Assembly: GCF_006345805.1 (NCBI RefSeq) | Contig: NW_021826594.1 | Coordinates: 1-12,421 of the forward strand | Origin: Octopus sinensis | Taxonomy: Eukaryota | DNA: 12,421 nucleotides | Reading direction: 5' to 3' | Shown: positions 1 through 11,320 of the stretch, piece by piece | Layout of the letters: each line of letters begins with the position of its first letter | Numbering within the stretch: the stretch's first letter is position 1 | Notes under the pieces: model-generated | Database searches by the model: none | Told to the model about the DNA's origin: nothing | Seen by the model: only the letters and a program-made list of their open reading frames with translations | Translations under genes and position numbers: made by a program

Positions 1-12
1 TAAAAGTTAGTT

Positions 13-110
13 ATATGTATGTGCATGTTTGGGTGTGAGTGTGTATGTGTGTGTATGCATGTATCTATGTATTTACGAAAGTATGTATGCAGCGTCGCGT
101 GTATATCTAT
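13..110. repeat. Degenerate (TG)/(TATG) low-complexity tract
   Basis: Visible TATGTATGTGTGCATG / GTGTGAGTGTGTATGTGTGTGTATG runs. Confidence 0.7.
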
Positions 111-267
111 AAATGATAGCTATATTAATTTTACCATCCCACTGCCACTCCATATTTGTCGCTTACACAACTCTGTTCTCCCCTTCCTTGATATCAGCCA
201 TACTCATTATGCCACCACAATTCCCTCAAACTAACACTCTTTGCACCCTTCTCATTTTATCAACTAG

Positions 268-457
268 AAGCCCCCTCCCAAGGGACCTATTATAGAATTT
301 TCTTGAAATCCATTCAGCCCATAATTGAATTAGATATTAACATAAATGCAAAGTCAATATTGGTTCACTGGTGTAGGCAGCAAGATGGTACCAGAGAGAT
401 CGACCGACAGAAATTGCCATATATTTATAAGATTATTTTCTACTGTATCTTTACCAG
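268..457 (+). CDS. Candidate internal coding exon of unknown product (phase 1 start, phase 2 end; APSQGTYYRIFLKSIQPIIELDININAKSILVHWCRQQDGTREIDRQKLPYIYKIIFYCIFT)
   Basis: CTAAC branch-like motif at 231-235, an AG-free pyrimidine-rich tract, TAG acceptor at 265-267 and a CAG|GTAAAC donor at 457/458. Exactly one frame is open across the 190 nt; the other two stop by 303. I do not recognise the peptide. Confidence 0.2.
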
Positions 458-575
458 GTAAACAAGAAATGAGATTTTAGAATGTAATTCATAGTCTCCC
501 AGCTGTTTTTGCTAGTCATGACTAAGTTGTTAAGATGCTTGTTTCGAGAAATCATAAACTGCACAGATTAATCCG

Positions 576-796
576 TGCGAAGCGGTGCTGTGCTGAAAAG
601 TCCCTGGCTTTAAGGGTATCACGAAACGCCTGGTTGGAGGGCCCAACCTTCCGTGTTCTTTTGTAGGGCTTAGAAAACTGAAGGATAGCCGCAATAAGTG
701 TTTGAATCTGAGAGGGAAATATGTTGAATAAAATTATGATTAACTGATTCTCCTTCATTTTACCCAAAGCCAGGAACTTCTTCGCACACCTTCGTA
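576..796 (+). mobile_element. Tc1/mariner-derived non-autonomous element (MITE / internal-deletion derivative)
   Basis: Imperfect terminal inverted repeats: left CGAAGCGGTGCTGTGCTGAAAAGTCCCTGGCTTT (578-611) against right AAAGCCAGGAACTTCTTCGCACACCTTCG (766-794), followed by TA (795-796). Interior 675-731 reads KLKDSRNKCLNLRGKYVE*, preceded by a frameshifted AWLEAQPSVFFCR. This resembles the mariner transposase C-terminal pattern W..C....G.Y.E. Confidence 0.8.
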
Positions 797-986
797 AATG
801 TAAATTATTCCTTAATACATTATAAGCGAAAGCTTATGATTTTCAGTAGCCGAGTTTCACGCTTCCGTTCTTTCAGTTCAGCAACCGAAGCCTGTTTTCT
901 CTTGAATGAACTGTTATTTGAGTAGCTTAAAATATTAAACGAAAGATATTAAGAAAACGCTTATTTATATTATAGAAGATTCTAAT

Positions 987-1195
987 CTTTTATTCTTTTA
1001 TTCGTTTACTTGTTTCAGTCATTTGCCTGCGGCCATCCTGTAGTCGAATACATGGACCCCAGGACCTATTCTTTGTAAGCCTAGTATTTACTCTATCGGC
1101 CTCTTTTGCCGACCACCAATTTGTGGGAACGTAAACACACCAACATCGGTTGTCAAGCGATGGTGGGGCTGGCTGTATATATATATATATATAGG

Positions 1196-1258
<63 letters not shown>

Positions 1259-1374
1259 GCTTCTTTCAGTTTCCGTCTACCAAATCCACTCACAAGGTTT
1301 TATTCGGCCTGAGGCTATAGTAGCAGACGCTTGCCCAAGGTGCCACGAAATTGGACTGAACCCGGAACCATGTG
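987..1374 (-). mobile_element. tRNA-derived CORE-type SINE (octopus OR2-like), 5'-truncated, with internal microsatellite
   Basis: The minus strand of 1258-1374 reads CACATGGTTCCGGGTTCAGTCCAATTTCGTGGCACCTTGGGCAAG..., giving a B-box-like GGTTCAGTCC (1353-1362) and the CORE-like CCTTGGGCAAG motif. A 3' domain lies at 1010-1170. The tail is 8-nt repeats CTTTTATT/CTTTTATT/CGTTTACT (987-1010 on +). The family name is from recall. Confidence 0.8.
1176..1258. repeat. (TA)9 + (TAGA)~16 compound microsatellite inside the SINE
   Basis: Directly visible: TA run 1176-1193, perfect TAGA run 1196-1258. Confidence 0.97.
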
Positions 1375-1971
1375 CGCCAGTTTGCATTTTTTCATTTTTT
1401 TTTTTGGGGGGCTTAGCAAATTAATACTCATAGGTGTTTCAAAATTGATGTCGTTGCCCTTCAATCTGATACTGAAAGCCTAGAACTGCCCTCAATACGC
1501 TTCTTTGCTTTTACAAGTGAATGGGACTGAATCTTAACGTACTCTCCACCACGAAGCGACTTTCTTGTTATCTCGGGCTTCATGATGAAATACATAGTAT
1601 CGTGTTATCTCGGTGAACGCAACGGAAACAGCATTAACTTGAATTCTCTTATCACACTAAATTTCTTTACACCGCTGAATGGTACAGTACGATTTTAATC
1701 TAACACTGCGTTCACCGAGGTTTTTATACAGATCAGTCAGCATTCCACAATATTAGTAAATGTATTATTCACTGTCGATGTATTGAAAGACGGATGTATA
1801 AAATATGCAACAACAAAGAAATAATAATAACAATAATAATGATAGTAATAAAGAGCTTCATCCAAGGATATGAAATAGGTATTACATTATGTCCTGCAGA
1901 ACGATGTTATAGTGATACGAACAACAGAAAAAAGATTAACAAAAAAAACAGCGCAGTGGGCGCCGTCGTCA

Positions 1972-1972
1972 G

Positions 1973-2043
<71 letters not shown>

Positions 2044-2096
2044 CAACAGCAGCAGCGGCGGCGGCATCAGCAGCACCAGCAGCAGCAGTAGTAGTT

Positions 2097-2166
<70 letters not shown>
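1972..2166. repeat. Compound trinucleotide microsatellite (GTA)~24-(GCA/GCG)~15-(GTA)~26
   Basis: Directly visible; all units stay in one register. Confidence 0.97.
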
Positions 2167-2920
2167 ATGACAAAATGATGTACGATATTGACAAGCGGCA
2201 ATTGGGGCGAAATGCTGCTGTCATTATCGTGAGTCACTGCTGCAACGATATTCGCCTTAAAAACTTCAACATCATGCGTTTCAAATCGCTATATACTTTT
2301 AGTATGAAACACAGATAGCGATAGAGTTAGATATTTTCAATAATTTTAGAGACTGGTGTAATGCAAAAAAAAAACAAAAAAAGAAACAGAGCTTGTTGAT
2401 AAAAAATACAAAACATTATAGGAACTTGTAACCTTAAACACGAGGATAGATATGCTATTCACTCGGAGATTTCTTTACCACAGATGTGATAGAAATAAAG
2501 TTTTAACATCCAGCACGATAAACAATTCATAAAGTTTGGGGCAAATTGTTGTGATATGGTTTCAGTTGAGGGTTGCTAAGTGACACAAGGCTGGAAAATT
2601 ATTTCTATGTGAGTTTTCTATAAAATATCCCTTTCATAGAAATGGCTGCAAGAATTCATCAGTAAAAGATGCAGAATAAACCTAACGATAATTTCAAGCT
2701 TCTGTTCTAGAAAAATGAAAGATTTTAGTTTTTTTCTTTTTGTTTTTTGTTTTTATTTATCATTTCGTACCGACGACTAAAACTGCTTTGTCCTATCGTC
2801 TTCCTTTTGGCGGTAAGCTTTTCACATTCTTCTAGTTAAACATAGAACTATGACATTCGTACAAAGTTATTTGAAAAGGGTAAGCAGGCATGCATACATG
2901 CATCTGTTTACTCCAGTGAA

Positions 2921-2953
2921 TGTGTGTATGCGTGTGTGTGTGCGCGTGTGTGT

Positions 2954-3007
<54 letters not shown>
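2921..3007. repeat. (TG)n microsatellite, pure (GT)26 at 2956-3007
   Basis: Directly visible. Confidence 0.97.
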
Positions 3008-3010
<3 letters not shown>

Positions 3011-3071
3011 GCTGGAGGGGACATCGTTGTGCATTCATGGACATCGCGGACACTAGGAAATATATTATATA

Positions 3072-3136
3072 AGAACAGAATAGAACAGAACAAAACGATG
3101 TTAAAGAGGAACAGAATAGCAGAATAACAGAATAAG
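3072..3136. repeat. Degenerate AGAAC/AGAAT pentanucleotide repeat
   Basis: AGAACAGAATAGAACAGAAC...AACAGAATAGCAGAATAACAGAATAAG. Confidence 0.6.
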
Positions 3137-3459
3137 TGAATAAACGAAGATTATATTGTTCAGTAGCTACACAGAAAACTGCTGTGAATAAAAGACTAAA
3201 ATGGTATTGAAAAAAATCATCCACCTAGAAAGGACCATTACTTCATGCAGGTTTTCAAAATTGATACCTGATTAATCTACACGCAATTTCAGAAAAGCGT
3301 TTTTATTTCGCTAAAATAGAAAATATTACTCATCAATTTTGGCATTCACATATCACTGTATCTGACAACTGCCAAAAGGCATCCAATCAAATGTAGTTTC
3401 CAACTATAAGAATTTCCAAAGTTTTACTTTACCCTACGCTGCATGTTTAATGTGCGGAG

Positions 3460-3573
3460 ATATATATGTATATGTATGTGTGTCAGTGTGTGTGTATATA
3501 TATATACATATACGTGCGTGTACTTATGCATACCTATATGCGTAATATACACATACATATGTATCTCTCTCTC

Positions 3574-3606
<33 letters not shown>

Positions 3607-3661
3607 ATCAATATGTATATAAATACGTACATACACATACACACATATGTACACATATATA

Positions 3662-3694
<33 letters not shown>

Positions 3695-3695
3695 T

Positions 3696-3729
<34 letters not shown>

Positions 3730-4170
3730 GTATATATGTATATATGTATGTATTATATATATATATATATATTATATATATATATATAATATATACATAT
3801 ATACAATATATATTATATATATATATAATATGTGTGTATATATGTATATGTGTATATATTATATTATATATAAAATATATATATCTATATATATATAATA
3901 TATATACATATATACATATATATATGTATATATATACTATATAGATATATATTATATATAGATATATACTATATAGATATATATTATATATATATATATC
4001 CATATAAATATATATATATACAAATATAAGTATGTACATGTGTGTATGTGTATGTACGTATTATATGCATTTGGATGCATATAGATTATATATAGATTTA
4101 CGTATACATATATGTATGTATGTGTCAATGTATGTATGAAAGCATACATATTTATATCTATCTATCTATA
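3460..4170. repeat. Large compound (TA)n-dominated low-complexity region with (CT), (CA) and (TATG) sub-tracts
   Basis: Directly visible, >600 nt almost entirely of alternating TA with interruptions. Confidence 0.95.
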
Positions 4171-4270
4171 GATAGATAGAGTGAGAGAGTGTGAGTGATA
4201 GACAGACAGGCAGACAGACAGGCAGATACATACATGCATACATACATACATACATACATACATACATACA

Positions 4271-4303
<33 letters not shown>

Positions 4304-4331
4304 GCATACATACATAATCAAATACATACAC
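4171..4331. repeat. Tetranucleotide series GATA > GAGT > GACA/GGCA > CATA
   Basis: Directly visible; long CATA run at about 4228-4300. Confidence 0.93.
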
Positions 4332-4704
4332 GCCTGTATATGAATATTCGTTTTTCCTTCTGTGTGTATCTCTATGTACCTGCGAATGCGTGTACATCAG
4401 TGGATGTGTGTATGTGCAAATCTATTTCTCTGAAAATCTATGAGTGTGCTTCTATATGGCTGTACGGTAACGTAGTGTCTGCCTGCTGCGTAAATAAGAT
4501 TACGACGATTCTTTCTTTGGCCGACAGCTACTAATTGGTACATTTCCTCTATAGGTTTCATTGGAAACTATTCTTAGTTACATATACACTTGCATATTCA
4601 TATACGTTCCTATATTCAAGGTTACACCTCACGCAAACGTATATAAGCGTCCACATACACGTAGAAATTTATAAACACACTGTCACACATAAGTGCATAG
4701 AAAC

Positions 4705-4774
4705 ATACATATACGTATGTATGCATGTATGTATGTATGTATGTATGTATGCATCTATATATATAGAGAGAGAG

Positions 4775-4811
<37 letters not shown>

Positions 4812-4814
4812 TAT

Positions 4815-4873
<59 letters not shown>

Positions 4874-5130
4874 TAGATATAGATATAGATATATATATAT
4901 AGATATATAGATACATATATAGATATATATATAGAGATATATATAGATATAAATATGTATAGATAGATAGATACATACTTACGTACATACACACATACAT
5001 AAATAGACACAAACACACACACATGCATACACATTCATATAGATACATATATATATACTTACATAAATATGTGTATAGATATATGCATATGTATAAAACA
5101 TAAGTATATATCTATATCTAGCTATCTACT
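4705..5130. repeat. Compound (TATG)n-(GA)n-(GATA)n-(GATATA)/(TA)-(CA) microsatellite region
   Basis: Directly visible. Confidence 0.93.
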
Positions 5131-5139
5131 TACCTATAT

Positions 5140-5217
5140 ATGGTGTGTATGTCTGCGTACGTACGTGTGTGGTGTGCGTGCGTGCGTGTGTCTTTACTAT
5201 CTATATTTATCTATCTA

Positions 5218-5258
<41 letters not shown>

Positions 5259-5492
5259 TATATATATACTAAATAATATATATATATATCTGTGTGCTTG
5301 CATGTAATATATATTTAGAGTCACATATACGCACAAAATAACACACCTCAAAGGCATACGCACACACACATGCATGCTATGTAATGTATGTATGTATGTA
5401 TGTATGTATGTATGTATGTATGTATGTATGCATGTATATATGTATCTATGCACGTATGTACGTATGGTGTATATATATATATATATATATAT
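5140..5492. repeat. Compound (TGCG)/(TATC)/(TA)n/(CA)/(TATG)n microsatellite region
   Basis: Directly visible. Confidence 0.9.
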
Positions 5493-5570
5493 ACTAATAC
5501 ATACTATCGAATATTAAGTTTGATTCCTTGCGGAAATTTCTATCTTGCCATTTTCTTTGGTTTCATCCAT

Positions 5571-5670
5571 TCCGTTGTGTGTGTTGACGAGGCACGCGAC
5601 CCAGTATTCCGCCTGCGTCCGTTGTTCGTCAGGGAACGTGCACGCTGTGACTCAAAGCGCACGTGTACGA
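5571..5670. promoter_or_regulatory. CpG-rich island with clustered transcription-factor-like motifs (possible cis-regulatory element)
   Basis: I count 13 CpG in 100 nt. Motifs: palindrome CGTGCACG (5637-5644), TGCACGC matching the MRE core TGCRCNC (5639-5645), AP-1 TGACTCA (5648-5654) and E-box CACGTG (5660-5665). Function is inferred only. Confidence 0.2.
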
Positions 5671-5847
5671 ATGTTATTGAGTTAATGGCTCAAGATCATT
5701 TTTTCTTTTTTTTTTGTTTTTGCTTGGTTCTTCGTTTCTATACATGTTGGTATCTTTCAGTTTATGTCAGGGAAAGAAGCGGTTGAAATTCCTACACTCA
5801 ACTTTACAAATACAGTAACCATTTTAACAATAATAACAATAATAATC

Positions 5848-6027
5848 GTTTCTACTAATAGCACAAAACCTGAAATTTTTTGTGGTGTGGGGGATAATCG
5901 AATACATCGTCTCCAATACAAGGATGAAAGGCAAAGTCGACCTCGGCGAAATTTTGAACGACGAACAAAATACTGCTAAGCATTTCGTTCGGCCGATGCT
6001 CTAACGATTCTGCCAGCTTGCTGCCTT
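5848..6027 (-). mobile_element. tRNA-derived SINE (octopus OK/OR-type family), intact head, internal deletion
   Basis: The minus strand starts AAGGCAGCAAGCTGGCAGAATCGTTAG, with A-box TGGCAGAATCGT (6015-6004) and B-box-like GTTCAAAAT (5959-5951), then GAGGTCGACTTTGCCTTTCATCCTT. It aligns with the second copy at 11954-12083. An AAT tract lies at its 3' flank (5826-5846). Confidence 0.88.
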
Positions 6028-6325
6028 ACTAATGATAATAATAATAAATAATAATATATAATAATAATAATAATAATAAAAATAAAAATGATAATAATAA
6101 TAATAATAATAATAAAATAAAAATGATAATAAATAATAAGATACTAATAATAATATAATAATATAATAATAATAATAATAATAATAAAAATAAAATGATA
6201 ATAATAATAATAATAATAATATAATAATAATAATATAAAAATAAAATGATATAATAATAAAATAATAATATAATAATAATAATATAATAATAATAGTATA
6301 AGAATAAAATAAATGAATAATAATA

Positions 6326-6361
<36 letters not shown>

Positions 6362-6481
6362 TAAAAATGATAATAATAATATAATAATAATATAATAATA
6401 ATAATATAATAAAAATAAAATGATAATAATAATAAAATAATAATAATAATAATAATAATAAAATATAATAATAATAATAAG

Positions 6482-6513
<32 letters not shown>

Positions 6514-6622
6514 TAAAAATAACAAAAAAATTTAAAATAAAAATAATAATATAATATAATATAATAATAATAAAAATAAAAATGATAATGATAATAATAA
6601 TATAATAATAAAAATAAAAATG

Positions 6623-6655
<33 letters not shown>

Positions 6656-6657
6656 TG

Positions 6658-6698
<41 letters not shown>

Positions 6699-6704
6699 TA
6701 AATG

Positions 6705-6737
<33 letters not shown>

Positions 6738-7061
6738 TAAAAATGATAAGCTAATAATAATATAATAATAATAATATTAATAATAATAAAAATAAAAATG
6801 ATATCATAATAATAATAATAAATAATAATAATAATAATAATATAAAATAAAATGATATTAAATAATAATAAAATAATAATATATAATAATAATAATAATA
6901 ATAATAAAATAAAAATGATAATAATAATAATAATAATAATAATAATATAATGATAATAGAAAAATAATAATAATATGATAATAATAATAATAGTAATAAT
7001 AATAATAATAAAATAATAATGATATAATAATAATAATAATAATATAATAATAATAATAATG

Positions 7062-7092
<31 letters not shown>

Positions 7093-7215
7093 AATAATAA
7101 TAATAATGATCATAAAATAATAATAATATAATAATAATAATAATGATAATAATATAATAATGATATCATAATAATAATAATGATAATATTAATAATAATA
7201 ATAAATACTAATACT

Positions 7216-7246
<31 letters not shown>

Positions 7247-7515
7247 TAAATATAATGATAATATAATAATAAAATGATAATAATAATAATATAATAATAA
7301 TAATAATAATAATATAATGATATAATAATAATAATAATAAGAATAATAATAATAATAATAATGATAATAATAATAATAATAATAATAATGATATTAATAA
7401 TAATAAAATAATATGATAATAATTAATAATAATATAATATCATAATAATAATGATAATAATAATAATAAGAATCATAATAAGAATAATAATAATAATATA
7501 TAATAATAATAATAA

Positions 7516-7547
<32 letters not shown>

Positions 7548-7787
7548 ATACTGATAATAATAATAATAATAATAAAATAATAATAATAATAATAATAATG
7601 ATAATAATAATAATAATAATAATGATAATATAATAGTAATATAATAATAATAACATATATAATAATAATAATAATAAATAATGCTAATAATAATAATAAT
7701 ATAATAATAATAATAATAATAATAATATAAAATAAAATGATAATATAATAATATATAATATACTAATATAATAATAAAAATAAAATG

Positions 7788-7820
<33 letters not shown>

Positions 7821-7906
7821 TATAATAATATATAATATAAAAAGATAATAATGATAATAATAAATAATCATAATAATAATAATAATAAATAATAAAAATA
7901 AAAATG

Positions 7907-7937
<31 letters not shown>

Positions 7938-7983
7938 TAAAAATGATAATAATAATAATAATAATAATATAAAAATAAAAATG

Positions 7984-8022
<39 letters not shown>

Positions 8023-8095
8023 TAAAAAATGATAATAATAATAAAATAATAATAATAATAATAATAATATAATAATAACAATAAAAATGATAATA

Positions 8096-8126
<31 letters not shown>

Positions 8127-8286
8127 AATAATAATATATAATAATAATTGATAATAATAATAATAGTAATAATAATAATAATAATAATAATGATAATAAG
8201 AATAATATAATAATAATAATAATAATATAATAATATAATAATAATAATAATAATAATAATGATAATAATAATAAATAATAATGATC

Positions 8287-8319
<33 letters not shown>

Positions 8320-8722
8320 TGATAATAATAATAATAATGATAATAATAATAATAATAATGATACATTAATAATAATAATAATAATAATATAATGATAATA
8401 ATATAATAATATAATAATAATAATATGATATAATAATATAATCTAATGATAATAATATAATAATAATAATAATTAATGAATAATAATAATAATAATAATA
8501 GAAATAATAATAATAATAATAATGATAATAATAATAATAATATAATAATATATTAATAATAATAATAATAATAATAATGATAATAATATAATAATAATAA
8601 TAATAATCATAATATAATGATAATAATAATAATAATAATCATCATAATATAATAATAATAATATATAATAATAATAATAATACTAATAATAAAAATAATA
8701 ATAATAAATAATAATGATACTG

Positions 8723-8768
<46 letters not shown>

Positions 8769-8851
8769 TAATAATAATAATAATAATAATGATAATTAAT
8801 AGTAATAATAATAATAACAATATAATAATAATATAATAATATTAATAATGC

Positions 8852-8892
<41 letters not shown>

Positions 8893-9164
8893 TAATAAAA
8901 AATGATAATAATAATAATAATAATATAATAAATAATAATAATAATAAAAATAAAATGATAATAATAATAATAATAATAAATAATAATAATAAATAATAAT
9001 AAAATGATAATAATGATAATAATAATAATAATATAATATAATAATAATAATAAAAATAAAAATGATAATATAATAATATAATATAATATAATAAAATAAA
9101 AATGATAATATATATAATAATAATAATATAATAATAATCATAATAATAATAAAATAAAATGATA

Positions 9165-9195
<31 letters not shown>

Positions 9196-9234
9196 TAAAA
9201 ATAATAAAAATAATAATAATAATAAATAATAATA

Positions 9235-9272
<38 letters not shown>

Positions 9273-9719
9273 AATAAAATCATAATAATAATAATAATAA
9301 TAATATAATAATAATAATATACTATAATAATATAAAATAAAAATGATAATAATAATATAATAATAATAATAATAATAATAAATAAAAATGAATAATAATA
9401 TAATAATAATAATAATAATAATAATATAATAATAATGATAATAATATAATAATAATAATAATGATATAATAATAATAATAGTAATAATAATAATAATAAT
9501 CATATAATAATGATAATAATAATAATATAATAATATAATAATAATCTATATAATAATAATAAATAATAAGATAATAATAATAATAATATGATAATAATAT
9601 AATAATAAATAATAATATAATAATAATAAATATAATGATAATATAATATGATAATAATAATAATAATGAAATATATAATAATAATTACTAATGATATAAT
9701 AATAATATGATAATAATCA

Positions 9720-9751
<32 letters not shown>

Positions 9752-10025
9752 TAATAAATAATAATAATAAGATAATATATATAATAATAATAATATAATA
9801 TAATGAATAATAATAATCTAATAATAATAATAATAATAATGATAATAATAATAATAATATATAATAATAATAATATAATAATAATAATAATAAAAATAAT
9901 AATAATAATACTAATAATGATTAATGTTAATAATAATAATAATAATATAATAATAATATAATAATAATAATAATGATAATAATAATAATAAAATAATGAT
10001 AATAATAATAGTACTAATAATAATA

Positions 10026-10087
<62 letters not shown>

Positions 10088-10101
10088 TAATAATAATAAT
10101 A

Positions 10102-10141
<40 letters not shown>

Positions 10142-10406
10142 AATAATATAATAATGATAATAATAACAATACTAATAATAATAATAATAATTAATGATAA
10201 TAATCATAATAATAATAATAATCATAATAATACAATAATGATAATAATAATATAATAATAATAATAATGATAATAATAATAATAATAATAATAATAATAT
10301 GATAATAATATAATAATATAATAATAATAATAATAATAATATAATAATAATAATAATATAATAATAATAATAAAATTATGATAATAATAATAATAACCTA
10401 ATAATA

Positions 10407-10470
<64 letters not shown>

Positions 10471-10566
10471 TTATAATACTATAATAATATAAATAATAAT
10501 AATAATAATATATATAATAATAATAATCATAATAATAATAATAATAATAATTAATAATAATAATAA

Positions 10567-10597
<31 letters not shown>

Positions 10598-10615
10598 AAT
10601 GATAATGTTTTTAAT

Positions 10616-10649
<34 letters not shown>

Positions 10650-10785
10650 TAATAATAATTATAAAACTAAAATATAATAATGATAATATAATAGTAATAA
10701 TAATATAATAATAATAATAATAATATAATATAATAATAATATAATAATAATAATAATAATCATAATAATAATAATATAATAATGA

Positions 10786-10822
<37 letters not shown>

Positions 10823-10987
10823 TAATAATAATAATCCTGATAATAATAATATAATAATAATAATAATAAAATAATATGATAATAATCATAATAATATAAT
10901 AATAATCTAATAATCATGAATAATATAATAATAATATAATAATAATAAATGATCATAATAATAATAATAATAATAATAATATAATAA

Positions 10988-11019
<32 letters not shown>

Positions 11020-11320
11020 CATAATAATAATAATAATAATAATAATAATATAATAATACTAATACATAATAATAATAATGATAAATAATAATAATAATAA
11101 TAATAATATATAATAATAATAATAATAATAATAAAAATAACAATGATAATAATAATAAAATAGATAATAATAATCATATAAATAATAATAATAATAATAA
11201 TATATGACATAATGGCAATAATAGTTATAGTGGTAATAATAATAATAATAAATATAATAATATTGTGTGTAATAATAATTGTAATAATAATTGTAATAAT
11301 AATTGTAATAATAATAATAT
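6028..11320. repeat. Giant degenerate (AAT)n array, ~5.3 kb, with variant units (GAT, CAT, TAT, AAAATAAAAATGAT, ACT, TTGT)
   Basis: Directly visible. It produces all the poly-I/Y/L/N ORFs in the track. Confidence 0.98.

Noticed and set aside
1582-1678. C-box ATGATGA (1582-1588) and D-box CTGA (1675-1678), suggesting a C/D snoRNA
   Set aside because: There is no terminal stem flanking the boxes and I recognise no rRNA/snRNA antisense element. A snoscan or Infernal search would be needed to revive it.
1794-2318. 174-aa ORF with poly-V/poly-A (and the antisense 105-aa poly-T ORF)
   Set aside because: About 40% is the GTA/GCA repeat and the flanks resemble no protein. The poly-Ser frame (1940-2170) has no Met and is closed by stops.
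4228-5430. (CATA)n versus (TATG)n tracts forming long-range inverted repeats
   Set aside because: This is trivial complementarity between common microsatellites, with no flanking unique homology.
5388-5979. ORFs 5388-5786 and 5764-5979, and the pyrimidine tract with TTTCAG acceptor-like site at 5760
   Set aside because: The first ORF begins in a TATG repeat and the second runs into the AAT tail and SINE. There is no convincing donor site and no recognisable peptide.
5951-6027. Possible tRNA gene
   Set aside because: It has A/B-box-like motifs but no cloverleaf and continues into SINE body sequence, so it is a SINE head.
6028-11320. CRISPR-like or telomeric array
   Set aside because: There are no unique spacers between conserved repeats, no cas genes and no TTAGGG-type units; the context is eukaryotic microsatellite.
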